Source: Chloroflexota bacterium (GTDB lineage Bacteria > Chloroflexota > Limnocylindria > Limnocylindrales > CSP1-4). From it: a stretch of 32,811 nt of DNA. Positions 15,639 through 25,916 of the stretch are shown here, one piece after another (the first letter of the stretch is position 1; each line of letters begins with the position of its first letter). Where the stretch lies: NCBI GenBank assembly GCA_005880805.1, contig VBFZ01000124.1:12155-44965 (forward strand), given 5' to 3'. Below the pieces are notes generated by a model that was not told the DNA's origin, searched no databases, and was given only the letters and a program-made list of their open reading frames with translations. Both the position numbers and the translations under genes were made by a program.

Positions 15639-16426
15639 CGCGTCTGCTGCTCTCCCTGATGTGTTGCCGTTTGTGTTTCGCGGCTGGTGCGGAAGCGTCG
15701 TCCCAGGACGACGCGTCTGAGGCACAAGCCCTTCGCAGGGGCCGTCGCCCCGTCGAGTGCCGGCCGCCTGTCCTTCAGCGCTTGCGCGACCGACGCTTGA
15801 TTTGTGTTACCGCGACCAACCTCGATGAGAACCGCCGCGATCCGACGGACCATCCCCTGCAGGAATGCATCGGCGGCGACGTCGATCGTCACCTCCGAGC
15901 CTCTGCGCCCGATCCGGATCCACTGAACGGTCCGAACCGGAGAAGAGCCCACCGGCGCCCCGAAGGCGGTGAAGTCGTGCCGGCCCACCAGGACCGACGC
16001 AGCATCCGCCATCGCTGCAGTATCGAGCGGGACCCGAACCGCGAACGCATAGCGCTCGCGAAGCGGGCTTCGCGGTCCGTTCCACACGGTGTACCGGTAC
16101 TCCCTGTACCGTGCCGCGTGGCGGGGGTGGAACCCTGCCGCCGCCGTTCGCACGTTGCGAACCGCGACGTCCGCTGGAAGGAGCGCGTCCAACGCTCGTC
16201 CCAGCTCCTCGGCCGAGAGACGTCCCGGATAGGTGAACGCGATCACCTGGTCCGAGGCATGCACCCCGGCGTCGGTCCGGCCGGCTCCATCGACTCGCAG
16301 CCGCGCTCCGCCGTTGAGCTTGGCGAGTGCCGCTTCGAGCTCCCCCTGGACCGTCCGCACTCCAGACTGGGCCTGGAACCCGGCGAAGTCTGTCCCATCG
16401 TATTCAACCCTTGCGGTGTAACGCAC
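15635..16426 (-). CDS. truA: tRNA pseudouridine(38-40) synthase TruA
   Basis: YDGTDFAGFQ, AGRTDAGVHA, FHPR, HDFTAF, FLQGMVRRI, APAKGLCL; GTG 16426 with SD GAGAGGA. Confidence 0.96.
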   Translation of the reverse strand: MRYTARVEYDGTDFAGFQAQSGVRTVQGELEAALAKLNGGARLRVDGAGRTDAGVHASDQVIAFTYPGRLSAEELGRALDALLPADVAVRNVRTAAAGFHPRHAARYREYRYTVWNGPRSPLRERYAFAVRVPLDTAAMADAASVLVGRHDFTAFGAPVGSSPVRTVQWIRIGRRGSEVTIDVAADAFLQGMVRRIAAVLIEVGRGNTNQASVAQALKDRRPALDGATAPAKGLCLRRVVLGRRFRTSRETQTATHQGEQQTR

Positions 16427-16458
16427 GGGGGCGTCCTCTCGAACGCCTTTACTGCCTC

Positions 16459-16578
16459 GTCGCCGCTCAGGCGAGCTCAGTGCAAGGCGCCGCCGAGCAG
16501 GGAGCGCGAGCGCACTTGGTGGTGCGTGAGCGCTTGCGCGGAGGCGGCAACGCGAAAATGAGCCGTATGAGCGGCGAC
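16459..16578. repeat. 120-bp imperfect palindrome resembling ERIC/IRU-type elements
   Basis: Perfect 11-bp terminal IR gtcgccgctca/tgagcggcgac; inner stems gctca/tgagc and gccgcc/ggcggc; core gagcgc-GA-gcgcac-ttggtg-gtgcgt-GA-gcgctt. Confidence 0.7.
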
Positions 16579-16580
16579 TG

Positions 16581-16934
16581 TCATACAAGCTCCAATTGAA
16601 CGATCTGGGCGGCGTCGCCGGCGCGCTGGCCGACGCGCACGATACGCGTGAAGCCTGACGTTCGGTCGGCGTACTTCGGGGCGATCTCGTCGAACAGTTT
16701 GCTGATCACGAGAGGCTCGTTCGGGAACTCCGAGCGGACGGCCCGACGAGCTGTCAGGTCGCCGCGCTTCGCGATAGCGATCACGCGCTCGATCTGCCCC
16801 CGAACCTCCTTCGCCTTGGCCTCCGTGGTCCGGATCTTCTCATAGCGCAGCACCGAAACCGTCAGGTTCCGATAGAGCGCCATTCGGGCGCCGTGCCGGC
16901 GCCCGAGCTTGCGGCCGTCGATCCGGTGGGCCAC
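16581..16934 (-). CDS. rplQ: 50S ribosomal protein L17
   Basis: RKLGR, KIRTTEAKAKE, GFTRI, RAGDAA. Confidence 0.97.
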   Translation of the reverse strand: MAHRIDGRKLGRRHGARMALYRNLTVSVLRYEKIRTTEAKAKEVRGQIERVIAIAKRGDLTARRAVRSEFPNEPLVISKLFDEIAPKYADRTSGFTRIVRVGQRAGDAAQIVQLELV

Positions 16935-16937
16935 CGA

Positions 16938-17930
16938 TCAGGCCTCCTCGTCTCCGTCCTCGAGCGTCTCGTCGCCCAGGCCGTCGAGCTCGTCGGACTC
17001 GGTCTCGGGGACGATGAAACCTCGCATCCGGAGCCGCTCCTTCATCTCGTCGAGCGACTTCTTCCCGAAGTTGCGCATCCGGAGCAGGTCGTCGTCCGAC
17101 AGCTGCAGGAGCTGCCCGACCTTGACGATGTTGTTCCGCTTGAGGGAGTTGTACGCCCGCATCGGCAGGTCCAGCTCCTCGATCGGCATGTCGAGCATGT
17201 TCGGCGGGAGCTGCGGCACACCTGCGGCGGCGCGATCGCCGGGCCCGACCGGCATCCCGATGCTCACGAAGTTCTGGAACTCGCGGACCAGCCGCTCGGC
17301 TGCGCGCGACAGGGCCTCCTCGGGGCTGATCGTGCCGTCCGTCTCGATCTCGATCGTCAGCTTGTCGTAGTTCGTCATCTGGCCGACGCGGACGCTGTCG
17401 ATCCAGTAGTTCACCTTGCGGACCGGCGTGAAGATCGCGTCGACGGCGATGACCCCGATCGGCAGGGCCTCTGTCCGCTCGGCGCCGAGGTAGCCCACCC
17501 CGCGCTCGACGGTCAGGTCCATCTCGATCGTCACATCATCCTTGTCGATCGTCATGAGGACCAGCTCGGGATTGACGATCTCGACGTCCGCGGATTCGGT
17601 GATGTCGCCAGCGGTGACCGCGCCTGCTCCGCTCTTCATGAGCCGGAGCGACACGGGGTGGTTGGCGAAGCTCTTCAGGCGGAGCTTCTTGACGTTCAGG
17701 ACGATCTGGGTCACGTCTTCCTTGACGCCCGGGATGGTCGAGAACTCCTGGTACACGTCGCGGATCTGGATCGACGTGACCGCGGCGCCTTCGAGCGAGG
17801 ACAGCAGGACGCGCCGCAGGGCGTTGCCCAGGGTGACGCCATAGCCGGCCTCGAGCGGGCCGGCCTCGTACTTGCTGTAGGCGCCGAGCTCCTCGACGCT
17901 TTCGATGTGGGGTGCTTCGAGCTCGATCAT
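16938..17930 (-). CDS. rpoA: DNA-directed RNA polymerase subunit alpha
   Basis: PLEAGYGVTLGNALRRVLLSS, EFSTIPGVKEDV, CTD RAYNSLKR..NFGKKSL. Confidence 0.98.
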   Translation of the reverse strand: MIELEAPHIESVEELGAYSKYEAGPLEAGYGVTLGNALRRVLLSSLEGAAVTSIQIRDVYQEFSTIPGVKEDVTQIVLNVKKLRLKSFANHPVSLRLMKSGAGAVTAGDITESADVEIVNPELVLMTIDKDDVTIEMDLTVERGVGYLGAERTEALPIGVIAVDAIFTPVRKVNYWIDSVRVGQMTNYDKLTIEIETDGTISPEEALSRAAERLVREFQNFVSIGMPVGPGDRAAAGVPQLPPNMLDMPIEELDLPMRAYNSLKRNNIVKVGQLLQLSDDDLLRMRNFGKKSLDEMKERLRMRGFIVPETESDELDGLGDETLEDGDEEA

Positions 17931-17940
17931 CGTGTGGGGC

Positions 17941-18567
17941 TTACCTCGAGTAGTACTCGACCACGAGCTGCTCGTTGAGATCGAGCGGCATCTGGTCTCG
18001 ACGGGGCAGGGCGGACACCGTGCCGGACAGCGTGGCGGGGTCCACGCTCAGCCAGTCCGGGGTCTGCTGGGACTTGAGTGTTTCGCCGGCCAGCTTGAAC
18101 GGCTCGCGGCTTCGTCGTCCTTCGCGGACTTCGACCCGGTCGCCGGAAGCCAGCTGGAATGACGGGATGCTGGTCGGCCGGCCGTTCACCGCGAAGTGAC
18201 CGTGGCCAACGAGCTGGCGGGCCTGCGCACGCGACGTGGTGAAGCCCATCCGGTAAACGACGTTGTCGAGCCGCAGCTCCAGTATGCGCAGGAGGTTCTC
18301 GCCGGTGACCCCCGGGCGCGACTCCGCGCTCTCGAAATAGTTCTTGAACTGCCGCTCAAGGACGGCGTAGACGCGGCGCACCTTCTGCTTCTCGCGCAGC
18401 TGGAGACCGAACTCGCCGACCTTGCGGCGTCGGACGCCGTGCTGGCCGGGCGGCGTCGGGCGCCGCTCGAAGGCGCACTTCTTCGTGTAGCAGCGGCTGC
18501 CCTTCAGGAAGAGCTTGGCGCCTTCCCGCCGGCACAGGCGGCAGACGGCTTCGGTGTAACGGGCCAT
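17941..18567 (-). CDS. rpsD: 30S ribosomal protein S4 (Cys-containing type)
   Basis: [41 protein letters not shown]. Confidence 0.98.
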   Translation of the reverse strand: MARYTEAVCRLCRREGAKLFLKGSRCYTKKCAFERRPTPPGQHGVRRRKVGEFGLQLREKQKVRRVYAVLERQFKNYFESAESRPGVTGENLLRILELRLDNVVYRMGFTTSRAQARQLVGHGHFAVNGRPTSIPSFQLASGDRVEVREGRRSREPFKLAGETLKSQQTPDWLSVDPATLSGTVSALPRRDQMPLDLNEQLVVEYYSR

Positions 18568-18575
18568 CGCGAGGC

Positions 18576-18971
18576 CTAGACCCGGCGCCGCTTGGGGGCG
18601 CGGCAGCCGTTGTGCGGGATGGGTGTCACGTCGGTGATCGCGCTGACCTCGAGGCCCGCCGCCTGGAGCGAGCGGATTGCCTGCTCACGGCCCGCGCCGG
18701 GACCCTTCACGTACACCTCGACCTGGCGCATGCCGTGCTCCATCGCGCGGCGGGCGGCGCCGTCGGCCGAGAGCGCGGCCGCGTACGGCGTGCTCTTGCG
18801 GGAGCCCTTGAAGCCGGCCACTCCGGCCGACCCCCAGCTCACCACAGCACCCGTCGGGTCGGTGATCGTAATGATCGTGTTGTTGAACGTCGCCTGGATG
18901 TGGACGTGTCCGGCGGGGACGTTCTTGCGTTCGCGGCGGCGCGACTTGACCGCCTTCTTGCGATCGGGCAT
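18576..18971 (-). CDS. rpsK: 30S ribosomal protein S11
   Basis: [31 protein letters not shown]. Confidence 0.98.
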   Translation of the reverse strand: MPDRKKAVKSRRRERKNVPAGHVHIQATFNNTIITITDPTGAVVSWGSAGVAGFKGSRKSTPYAAALSADGAARRAMEHGMRQVEVYVKGPGAGREQAIRSLQAAGLEVSAITDVTPIPHNGCRAPKRRRV

Positions 18972-19004
18972 TCCCTGGCAGGTTCCTCGCTGCTTCTTGC
19001 GGCG

Positions 19005-19376
19005 TTACTTCTTGCGGCGGACGCCGACGGTCCGCTTCGGGCCCCGCCGCTGGCGGGCGTTGGTCTTCGTACGCTGGCCGCGAACCGGCAGGTTGCGGCG
19101 GTGGCGCACCCCGCGGTACGAACCGATCTCGATGAGGCGCTTGATGTTGAGTGCCACCTCGCGGCGGAGGTCGCCCTCGACCTTGTAGCGCCGGTCGATC
19201 AGCTCGCGCAGGCGGTTGACCTGCTCTTCCGTCAGGTCGCGCACCCGTGTGTCGGGGTTGATGTTGCTCTGCGCCAGGATCTTCCGGCTTGTGGGCAGGC
19301 CGAGGCCGTAGATGTAGGTCAGCGCAACTTCGACCCGCTTTTCGCGCGGGACGTCGACACCGGCGATTCGCGCCAC
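19005..19376 (-). CDS. rpsM: 30S ribosomal protein S13
   Basis: [26 protein letters not shown]. Confidence 0.98.
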   Translation of the reverse strand: MARIAGVDVPREKRVEVALTYIYGLGLPTSRKILAQSNINPDTRVRDLTEEQVNRLRELIDRRYKVEGDLRREVALNIKRLIEIGSYRGVRHRRNLPVRGQRTKTNARQRRGPKRTVGVRRKK

Positions 19377-19380
19377 TCGC

Positions 19381-19494
19381 TCAGCCCTGCCGCTGCTTGT
19401 GCTTGGGGTTGGTGCAGATGACCATCACGGTGCCGTGGCGACGGATCACTTTGCAGTTGTCGCAGCGGGCCTTGACGGACGCTCTGACTTTCAC
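19381..19494 (-). CDS. rpmJ: 50S ribosomal protein L36 (zinc-ribbon type)
   Basis: GTG 19494: [37 protein letters not shown] (37 aa). Confidence 0.97.
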   Translation of the reverse strand: MKVRASVKARCDNCKVIRRHGTVMVICTNPKHKQRQG

Positions 19495-19513
19495 GATTCC
19501 TCGAATCAGTTGG

Positions 19514-19732
19514 TCACCTGAGCCGGTACGTGATCCGGCCCCGGGTGAGGTCGTAGGGCGACAGCTCCACCCGGACACGGTCGCCGGGCAGAATCCGGAT
19601 GAAATTCATCCGCAGCTTGCCGCTGATGTGGGCGAGAACCCTGTGGCCGTTCTCGAGCTCGACCGCGAACATCGTGTTGGGAAGCGGCTCGATCACCGTT
19701 CCTTCCACTTCGATCGCGTCCTTCTTGGCCAC
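19514..19732 (-). CDS. infA: Translation initiation factor IF-1
   Basis: GTG 19732: [11 protein letters not shown]...[38 protein letters not shown] (72 aa). Confidence 0.97.
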   Translation of the reverse strand: MAKKDAIEVEGTVIEPLPNTMFAVELENGHRVLAHISGKLRMNFIRILPGDRVRVELSPYDLTRGRITYRLR

Positions 19733-19802
19733 AGGCGCTAAACGTTCCCTTTCTCGCATCGAATGCCGGTCCCTGACCGGCACACGAACGTGCAGAGTAT
19801 CA
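19733..19802 (-). promoter_or_regulatory. Internal extended -10 promoter and structured leader of infA
   Basis: TGaTACTCT (19802-19794) overlapping the map stop; perfect 8-bp hairpin 19764-19782; purine-rich GAAAGGGA before the start. Confidence 0.5.
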
Positions 19803-20612
19803 AACGGAGCGGTCTCCGGCAAACGCCGGAGCTCCGACGGTGGTCAGGATTTCCGGTCCATCCTCGGTGATCGCGATGGTGTGCTCGAAGTGCGCGGCGA
19901 GCGCGCCGTCGCGGGTCACCACCGTCCAGCCGTCAGCCTCGACGTCGACATCGTCGCCCCCCAGCGTGAACATCGGCTCGATCGCCAGGCACATGCCGGG
20001 CTCGATCACGCGCCCGCCGTCACCGCGCGCCCGGAAGTTGGGGATCTGCGGGTCCTCGTGCATGCAGGTGCCGATGCCATGGCCGACGAACTGGCGGACC
20101 ACGCCGTAGCGGGCCGACAGCGCGACGTCCTCGATGGCCGCACCGATGTCGCCGATCCGGTTGCCGGGCTGGGCGGCCGCGATGCCGGCCATCAGGGCCA
20201 GCCGCGTCGCGTCGACGAGTGCCTTGGCCTCAGGCGCGACACCGCCGACCGCAAAGGTTCGGGCCCCGTCACCGTGCCAGCCGTCGACGATCGCGCCCGC
20301 GTCGATGGAGACGAGCTGGCCCTCGCGGATCTCGCGCCCGTCCGGGATGCCGTGCACGACTTCGTCGTCGATGGAGATGCACAGGCTCGCCGGGAACGCG
20401 CGTGGGCCGCGACCGTAGCGGCAGCCACCGAGGTAGCCCTTGAACGACGGGACCGCGCCGGTCGCTTGCATATGGCGTTCGGCGAGCTCGTCGAGACGGG
20501 CCGCCGTCACGCCCGGTCGCAGCTCCGACTCGACCAGCGCGAGCACTTCGGCGACGACTCGGCCGGCGCGCCGCATCTTCTCGATCTCCTGGCGGGACTT
20601 GCGGGTCACCAC
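19800..20612 (-). CDS. map: Methionine aminopeptidase type I
   Basis: [44 protein letters not shown]. Confidence 0.97.
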   Translation of the reverse strand: MVTRKSRQEIEKMRRAGRVVAEVLALVESELRPGVTAARLDELAERHMQATGAVPSFKGYLGGCRYGRGPRAFPASLCISIDDEVVHGIPDGREIREGQLVSIDAGAIVDGWHGDGARTFAVGGVAPEAKALVDATRLALMAGIAAAQPGNRIGDIGAAIEDVALSARYGVVRQFVGHGIGTCMHEDPQIPNFRARGDGGRVIEPGMCLAIEPMFTLGGDDVDVEADGWTVVTRDGALAAHFEHTIAITEDGPEILTTVGAPAFAGDRSV

Positions 20613-20613
20613 G

Positions 20614-21279
20614 TCAGCGCGCGCTCCCGCTCGCCTGCGTGAGCGCGGCGACGAGCTCCTCGGTCACCTCGTCGATCGGGCGGGTACCGTCGACCGACCG
20701 CAGCTTGCCCTGGGCCCTGTAGTGGTCGCAGACCTCGAGCAGGTCGGGGACCTGCTGCCTGAGGCGCGCACGGATCGTCTCGACCTTGTCGTCCTCTCGC
20801 TCGTACAGCTCGGAGCCGTCGATGTCGCAGATGCCCGGGACCCGCGGCGGCTTCGAGATCTCGTTGTAGATATGGCCCTCCGCGCGGCAGACGAGGCGGC
20901 CCGACAGGCGACGCACCAGCTCCTCGGGCGGGACATCGATCAGGATGGCCTCCTCGACGCGGGCGTTGCGCTCAGCGAGGGCGGCATCCAGCACACCAGC
21001 CTGAGCGGGAGTACGCGGGAACCCGTCGAGGAGCACGCCCTGCCTGGCGTCCGGGGCCGTCAGGCGCTCGAGCAGCATCCTGACGGTCACGTCGTCGGGG
21101 ACGAGCTCGCCTCGGTCCATGTACGCCTTCGCCTCGAGGCCGATCGGCGTTCCCTGCTCCGCGGCGGCCCGGAACATGTCGCCGGTAGCCAGGTGGAGGA
21201 GGTTCAGCCGAGGAGCGAGGATCTCGGCCTGGGTCCCCTTGCCGGCGCCCGGCGCGCCGAGGAGAACCAGCACCCTCAA
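20614..21279 (-). CDS. adk: Adenylate kinase
   Basis: GAPGAGKGTQA, GDMFR, GELVPD, LDGFPRT, LID domain; TTG start overlaps the secY stop. Confidence 0.97.
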   Translation of the reverse strand: MRVLVLLGAPGAGKGTQAEILAPRLNLLHLATGDMFRAAAEQGTPIGLEAKAYMDRGELVPDDVTVRMLLERLTAPDARQGVLLDGFPRTPAQAGVLDAALAERNARVEEAILIDVPPEELVRRLSGRLVCRAEGHIYNEISKPPRVPGICDIDGSELYEREDDKVETIRARLRQQVPDLLEVCDHYRAQGKLRSVDGTRPIDEVTEELVAALTQASGSAR

Positions 21280-22565
21280 CGTATGAACCCCTCGTAGTTC
21301 CTCATCATGAGTTGGGCTTCGATCTGCTTCATCGTTTCCACGACCACGCTGACCACGATCAGGAGGCCTGTGCCGCCGAGGCCGATACCGCCGAGGGTTG
21401 GGAAGATCGCGGCGACCACCTGCGGTGAGACCGCGACGATGCCGAGGAACAGCGCGCCGGCCACGGTTATCCGGAAGGCAACCTTGGACAGGTATTCCTG
21501 GGTCGGTCGGCCCGGGCGTATGCCGGGTATGAAACCCCCGTTCTTGCGGAGTTGCTCGGCCGTCTCATCGGGCTTGAACACGAATGCCGTGTAGAAGTAG
21601 GTGAAACCGACGGTCATCAGGAAGTAGAGCACGAGGTACACCGGGCGTTGCGGGCTCAGGAATTCGACGATGCCGCTGGAGATCTGCGCGACGAGCGGGA
21701 CCTGGGAGTTCTGGAAGTAGCTGGCGACCTGCTGCGGGAAGAGCAGGATGCTGATGGCGAAGATGATCGGGATGACGCCGGCCTGATTGACCCGGAGCGG
21801 GAGGAAGGTCGAACCGCCCTGGTACATACGCCGCCCACGGACGCGTGACGCGTACTGGATCGGGATCCGCCGCTGGCCCTCCTGGATGTAGATGATCACG
21901 AACACCGCGAGCACGCCGATCACGGCAAAGATCGCGAACGCCGCGAGGTCGGGGCTGCCGAGGAAGTTGCCGATCGCGTTGGGAATGCGGCCGACGATCC
22001 CGGCGAAGATGATGAAGCTGATCCCGTTCCCGATGCCCTTCTCGGTGATCAGCTCGCCCAGCCACATCAGCAGGATCGCGCCCGCGGTCAGGGTCACGAT
22101 CTGGGTCAACGTCTCGAAGCGCGAGATGTCGAACGGCGTGGTCAGGATCGGCGGGTTGGACTGCGACGCGAGCAGGGCCAGAAAGCCGTACGACTGGAGC
22201 ATCGCCATCGGCACGGTGAGGTAGCGCGTGTACTGGTTGATCTTGTTGCGCCCGTACTCACCCTCGCGGCTCAGCTCCTGGAGCCGTGGGATGACGCTGG
22301 TCATCAGCTGCATGATGATCGAGGCGTTGATGTAGGGGTTCATGCCCAGGCCGACGATCGAGAAGTTCGACAGGCCGCCACCCGAGAACAGGTCCAGCAG
22401 GCCGAACAGGGCGCTGCCCTGGAAGAACGCCTGCAGCGCGTCGCGGTTGACGCCCGGAACCGGGACGTGGGCGAACAGGCGGAAGACGATCAGGGCCCCC
22501 GCCACGAACAGGATTCGGCGCCGAATGTCGGGCGCGCGAAACGCGTTGATCAGCGCGTCGAACAC
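21276..22565 (-). CDS. secY: Preprotein translocase subunit SecY
   Basis: FSGG, LGMNPYINASIIMQL, GIGNGIS, GVIPIIFA, IPGIRPG, GGTGLLIVV. Confidence 0.98.
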   Translation of the reverse strand: MFDALINAFRAPDIRRRILFVAGALIVFRLFAHVPVPGVNRDALQAFFQGSALFGLLDLFSGGGLSNFSIVGLGMNPYINASIIMQLMTSVIPRLQELSREGEYGRNKINQYTRYLTVPMAMLQSYGFLALLASQSNPPILTTPFDISRFETLTQIVTLTAGAILLMWLGELITEKGIGNGISFIIFAGIVGRIPNAIGNFLGSPDLAAFAIFAVIGVLAVFVIIYIQEGQRRIPIQYASRVRGRRMYQGGSTFLPLRVNQAGVIPIIFAISILLFPQQVASYFQNSQVPLVAQISSGIVEFLSPQRPVYLVLYFLMTVGFTYFYTAFVFKPDETAEQLRKNGGFIPGIRPGRPTQEYLSKVAFRITVAGALFLGIVAVSPQVVAAIFPTLGGIGLGGTGLLIVVSVVVETMKQIEAQLMMRNYEGFIR

Positions 22566-22568
22566 AGG

Positions 22569-23555
22569 TCAGGCGTCGCCGCTGGGCTGGGATTCGGTTT
22601 CTGGCCCGGTCGCGTCGTCCGACCCGGTCGACTCGGCCCGGGGCGCGGGCTCGCTGGACTCGGGCTCACCGGACTCGGGCTCGCTCGAGCCGCCTATGGA
22701 GGCCCGTCCGCGAGCGCGCGATCCCCGTGTAGAGGATTTCTGAGGCGCCGCGCTGCCGGCCTCCGCCGCGGGCTCAGTGGCGGCCGGCTCGGCGGAAGCC
22801 CCGGCTGGCTCGGCGGAAGCCTCCGCATGCTCCTCGGCCCGCTCGGCGGTCGTTGCACGCGGCTCCCTATCGCGGGGATGAGCCTCCTCCGCACCGCTTG
22901 CGCGCCGGCGCGCTCGTTTCTCAGGCGTTTGCGCCTTCGCGGGACGCTCTTCGACGGCCGCGTCGGTCGCGGCCGCGGGGGTCGCGACCTCCGGAGCTGC
23001 GGTCTCAGCCGCCTCGCGAGGCCGCCGTTGTCCGCCCGGCTGCGGCATCTCGATCACAGACACTGTGCCTCCGGCTGCCTCGATCTTCGAGGCGGCGCTC
23101 TTGCTGAAGGCGTCGGCAACGACGAACAGCGGCCGGGTCACCTCTCCCTGGCCGAGGACCTTGAGCGGCTTGTCGAGGCTGCGGACGAGGCCCACGGACT
23201 TGAGGATCTCCTGGTTGACCGTTACCGGCGCGGCCTTGCTGCCTGGCTTCGGCGCCCGGCCGGGAAGATCGCCGGCTTCGAGCGCGCCGAGCTCGACGAG
23301 CGCGCTGATGCGCTCGAGGTTCACGACCTCGTATTCGAGCTTGAATGGGTTCCGGAACCCGCGCAGCTTCGGGATGCGCTGATGGAGCGGCGTCTGGCCG
23401 CCCTCGAACCAGGGCGGGATCGAGGCCCCGGCTCGCGCCTTCTGGCCCTTCGTTCCGCGACCTGCCGTCTTGCCCTTGCCGGCGGCGATGCCTCGCCCGA
23501 CCCGGGTCCGAGCCGTCCGCGACCCGGCGGCGGGTCGCAGCTCGTGCAGCTTCAT
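22569..23555 (-). CDS. rplO: 50S ribosomal protein L15 with a ~157-aa low-complexity C-terminal extension
   Basis: [44 protein letters not shown]. Confidence 0.96.
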   Translation of the reverse strand: MKLHELRPAAGSRTARTRVGRGIAAGKGKTAGRGTKGQKARAGASIPPWFEGGQTPLHQRIPKLRGFRNPFKLEYEVVNLERISALVELGALEAGDLPGRAPKPGSKAAPVTVNQEILKSVGLVRSLDKPLKVLGQGEVTRPLFVVADAFSKSAASKIEAAGGTVSVIEMPQPGGQRRPREAAETAAPEVATPAAATDAAVEERPAKAQTPEKRARRRASGAEEAHPRDREPRATTAERAEEHAEASAEPAGASAEPAATEPAAEAGSAAPQKSSTRGSRARGRASIGGSSEPESGEPESSEPAPRAESTGSDDATGPETESQPSGDA

Positions 23556-23809
23556 GACTTCTCCGGTTTCGTGTCGCCGGAGTTCGCTGGACTTCTCCGG
23601 CCGGCCTTCTCCGGTGTCCTCTCGCCGTCGATCTCCTCGACCGAAACGAGGAAGCGCACCTGGCGGACCATGCCCCGGGTGGCTTCGTTGTCGGGGATCT
23701 CGACGGTGTCGCCGATCCGGCGCAGCCCGAGAGCGCGGACGGTCGCCCGGTTGCGGGCGACGTGGCTGATCGTGCTCTTCGTCTGGGTCACCCGCAGCTT
23801 ACCGGCCAT
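23552..23809 (-). CDS. rpmD: 50S ribosomal protein L30 with a short C-terminal tail
   Basis: ATG 23809: [25 protein letters not shown]. Confidence 0.95.
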   Translation of the reverse strand: MAGKLRVTQTKSTISHVARNRATVRALGLRRIGDTVEIPDNEATRGMVRQVRFLVSVEEIDGERTPEKAGRRSPANSGDTKPEKS

Positions 23810-24332
23810 TCGTGGCCTCCGGGGCGGACTGGCCGGGGATGAACGAGCGGAGCGTGACGCCGCGCCGCGCCGACAGCTCATCGGCCGAGTGCAGGCCGCG
23901 GAGCGCTTCCAGCGTCGCGCGAACGACGTTCACCGGGTTGGTCGACCCGTGGGTCTTGGCCAGGATGTCGCGGATGCCGGCGGCCTCGACCACGGCGCGC
24001 ACCGACCCTCCGGCGATGACGCCGGTGCCCTGCGAGGCGGGCTTCAACAGCACCCTGCTCGCGCTGAACTGCTGGCGAACCTCGTGCGGGATCGTCGTCC
24101 CCACCATCGGGATCCGGATCAGGTTCTTCTTCGCGTCCTCGACACCCTTGCGGATCGCCTCGGGCACCTCACCGGCCTTGCCGAGTCCGGCGCCGACATG
24201 CCCGGCGCGGTCGCCGACCACGACCACGGCGCTGAACGAGAAGCGCCGACCGCCCTTGACGACCTTCGCTACCCGGTTGATCTGGACCACGCGCTCCTCG
24301 AGCGTCAGCTTGTTGGGATCGATCCTGGCCAC
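23799..24332 (-). CDS. rpsE: 30S ribosomal protein S5
   Basis: [31 protein letters not shown]. Confidence 0.98.
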   Translation of the reverse strand: MARIDPNKLTLEERVVQINRVAKVVKGGRRFSFSAVVVVGDRAGHVGAGLGKAGEVPEAIRKGVEDAKKNLIRIPMVGTTIPHEVRQQFSASRVLLKPASQGTGVIAGGSVRAVVEAAGIRDILAKTHGSTNPVNVVRATLEALRGLHSADELSARRGVTLRSFIPGQSAPEATNGR

Positions 24333-24347
24333 GTGTGCTCCCTTCGG

Positions 24348-24710
24348 TCAGAACTCGAGGCCGGCTTCGCGGGCGGCATCGGCGAGCGACTTGATGCGCC
24401 CGTGGTACCGGAACCCGGCCCGATCGAAGACGACGGCGCGTACGCCCGCCGTCCTGGCTCGTTCGGCAAGCAGCCGACCGACGATCCTGGCTTCCTCGGT
24501 CTTGGTCCCCGAGGAGCCTCGCAGCTCCTTCTCGACCGACGAGGCGGCTGCAAGCGTCCTGCCGGACGAGTCGTCGACGACCTGCGCGTAAATGTGATTC
24601 AGGCTGCGGAAGACCGCCAGGCGCGGTCGCCCGCCCGTGCCCGCCAGGTTGAGGCGGATTCGGGTGTGGCGCTTGGCTCGGGCGGCGCCGCGGGTTGCGA
24701 CCTGCGTCAT
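24348..24710 (-). CDS. rplR: 50S ribosomal protein L18
   Basis: [33 protein letters not shown]; ATG 24710. Confidence 0.97.
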   Translation of the reverse strand: MTQVATRGAARAKRHTRIRLNLAGTGGRPRLAVFRSLNHIYAQVVDDSSGRTLAAASSVEKELRGSSGTKTEEARIVGRLLAERARTAGVRAVVFDRAGFRYHGRIKSLADAAREAGLEF

Positions 24711-24738
24711 CGTTCGGAATTCCTCGGTTGGTTCGTTG

Positions 24739-25290
24739 CTACTTCTTGCCGCCGATCTTGCCGGCCTTGCCAGCCTTGCGACGGACCTGCTCCCCGGCGT
24801 ACCGGACACCCTTGCCCTTGTACGGCTCCGGCTTGCGGCTGGAGCGCACCGCGGCCGCGACCTCGCCCACGAGCTGCTTGTCGATCCCGACCACCGACAG
24901 GTGGGTCGGGTTCTCGAGCTCGAAGGAGATTCCGGGCGGCGGCGCGATCTCGACCGGGTGGCTGTAGCCCAGGCTCAGCTGGAGCTTCTCCCCGATCTTC
25001 TGGGCGCGGTAGCCCACACCGGTGATCTCGAGGCCCTTGCGATAGCCGGTCGTGACGCCGGTGACCATGTTGGCCACCAGCGTTCGGGTCAGGCCGTGCA
25101 ATTCGCGGTGATTCTTGGCGTCACTCGGGCGGCTGACGACGATGCGGCCGTCCTCCGTCGCCACGCGCATCTCGGCCGGCAGGGTCTGCTCGAGCTTGCC
25201 CTTCGGCCCGGATACGGCGATCCGGCGGCCGTCGATGGTGACCTCGACCCCGCTCGGGATGGCGATGGGAAGTCGTCCGATTCGAGACAT
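24739..25290 (-). CDS. rplF: 50S ribosomal protein L6
   Basis: [23 protein letters not shown]. Confidence 0.98.
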   Translation of the reverse strand: MSRIGRLPIAIPSGVEVTIDGRRIAVSGPKGKLEQTLPAEMRVATEDGRIVVSRPSDAKNHRELHGLTRTLVANMVTGVTTGYRKGLEITGVGYRAQKIGEKLQLSLGYSHPVEIAPPPGISFELENPTHLSVVGIDKQLVGEVAAAVRSSRKPEPYKGKGVRYAGEQVRRKAGKAGKIGGKK

Positions 25291-25296
25291 CGCGAG

Positions 25297-25695
25297 CTAC
25301 CAGACGAAGGCGAGGACTTCCCCGCCCAACTGTGCCTGCTTGGCCTTGTGGCCGGTCATGATTCCCCGGCTCGTGCTGACGATCACGATGCCCAGCCCGC
25401 CGAGCACGCGCGGAATGTCGGTCTTGCGCGCATACACCCGCAGACCCGGCTTGCTGATCCGCTTCAGCCCGGAGACGACGGGGGCCTTGCCGTCGACGTA
25501 CTTCAGCGTCAGCCGCAGGACGATCGACGGGCCCTGGCGCTCCTCGGCGACGTCGGCGATAAAGCCCTCCTCCACGAGAATTCGGGCGATCTCCCGCTTC
25601 GTCCGCGAGGCCGGGACGACGACTTCCGTGTGACGCGCGCGTGACGCGTTACGGATCCGCGTGAGCATGTCCGCGATCGGGTCGGAGATGTTCAT
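25297..25695 (-). CDS. rpsH: 30S ribosomal protein S8
   Basis: DPIADMLTRIRNA, SKPGLRVY, GGEVL. Confidence 0.98.
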   Translation of the reverse strand: MNISDPIADMLTRIRNASRARHTEVVVPASRTKREIARILVEEGFIADVAEERQGPSIVLRLTLKYVDGKAPVVSGLKRISKPGLRVYARKTDIPRVLGGLGIVIVSTSRGIMTGHKAKQAQLGGEVLAFVW

Positions 25696-25703
25696 GGTCC
25701 CCC

Positions 25704-25889
25704 TTACCAGCTCGACTTCGTGATGCCGGGCAGCTCACCCTGGAGCGCCCGCTCCCGGAAGCAGATCCGGCACAGTGCGAAGCGACGGATGAAGGCACGA
25801 GGGCGGCCGCACACCGTGCAGCGGTGGTAGCCGCGCACCTTGAACTTGGGTGGCCGCTTTGCCTTGGCGATGAGTGATTTCTTGGCCAT
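25704..25889 (-). CDS. rpsZ: 30S ribosomal protein S14 type Z (zinc-binding, 61 aa)
   Basis: RCTVCGRP...LCRICFR, PG..KSSW. Confidence 0.97.
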   Translation of the reverse strand: MAKKSLIAKAKRPPKFKVRGYHRCTVCGRPRAFIRRFALCRICFRERALQGELPGITKSSW

Positions 25890-25916
25890 CGGTTTCCTCC
25901 CGCCCCTAGAGCCCGT

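Noticed and set aside
22467-25025. 852-aa plus-strand ORF
   Set aside because: Lies antisense to rplO-rplF and the start of secY; no recognisable domain.
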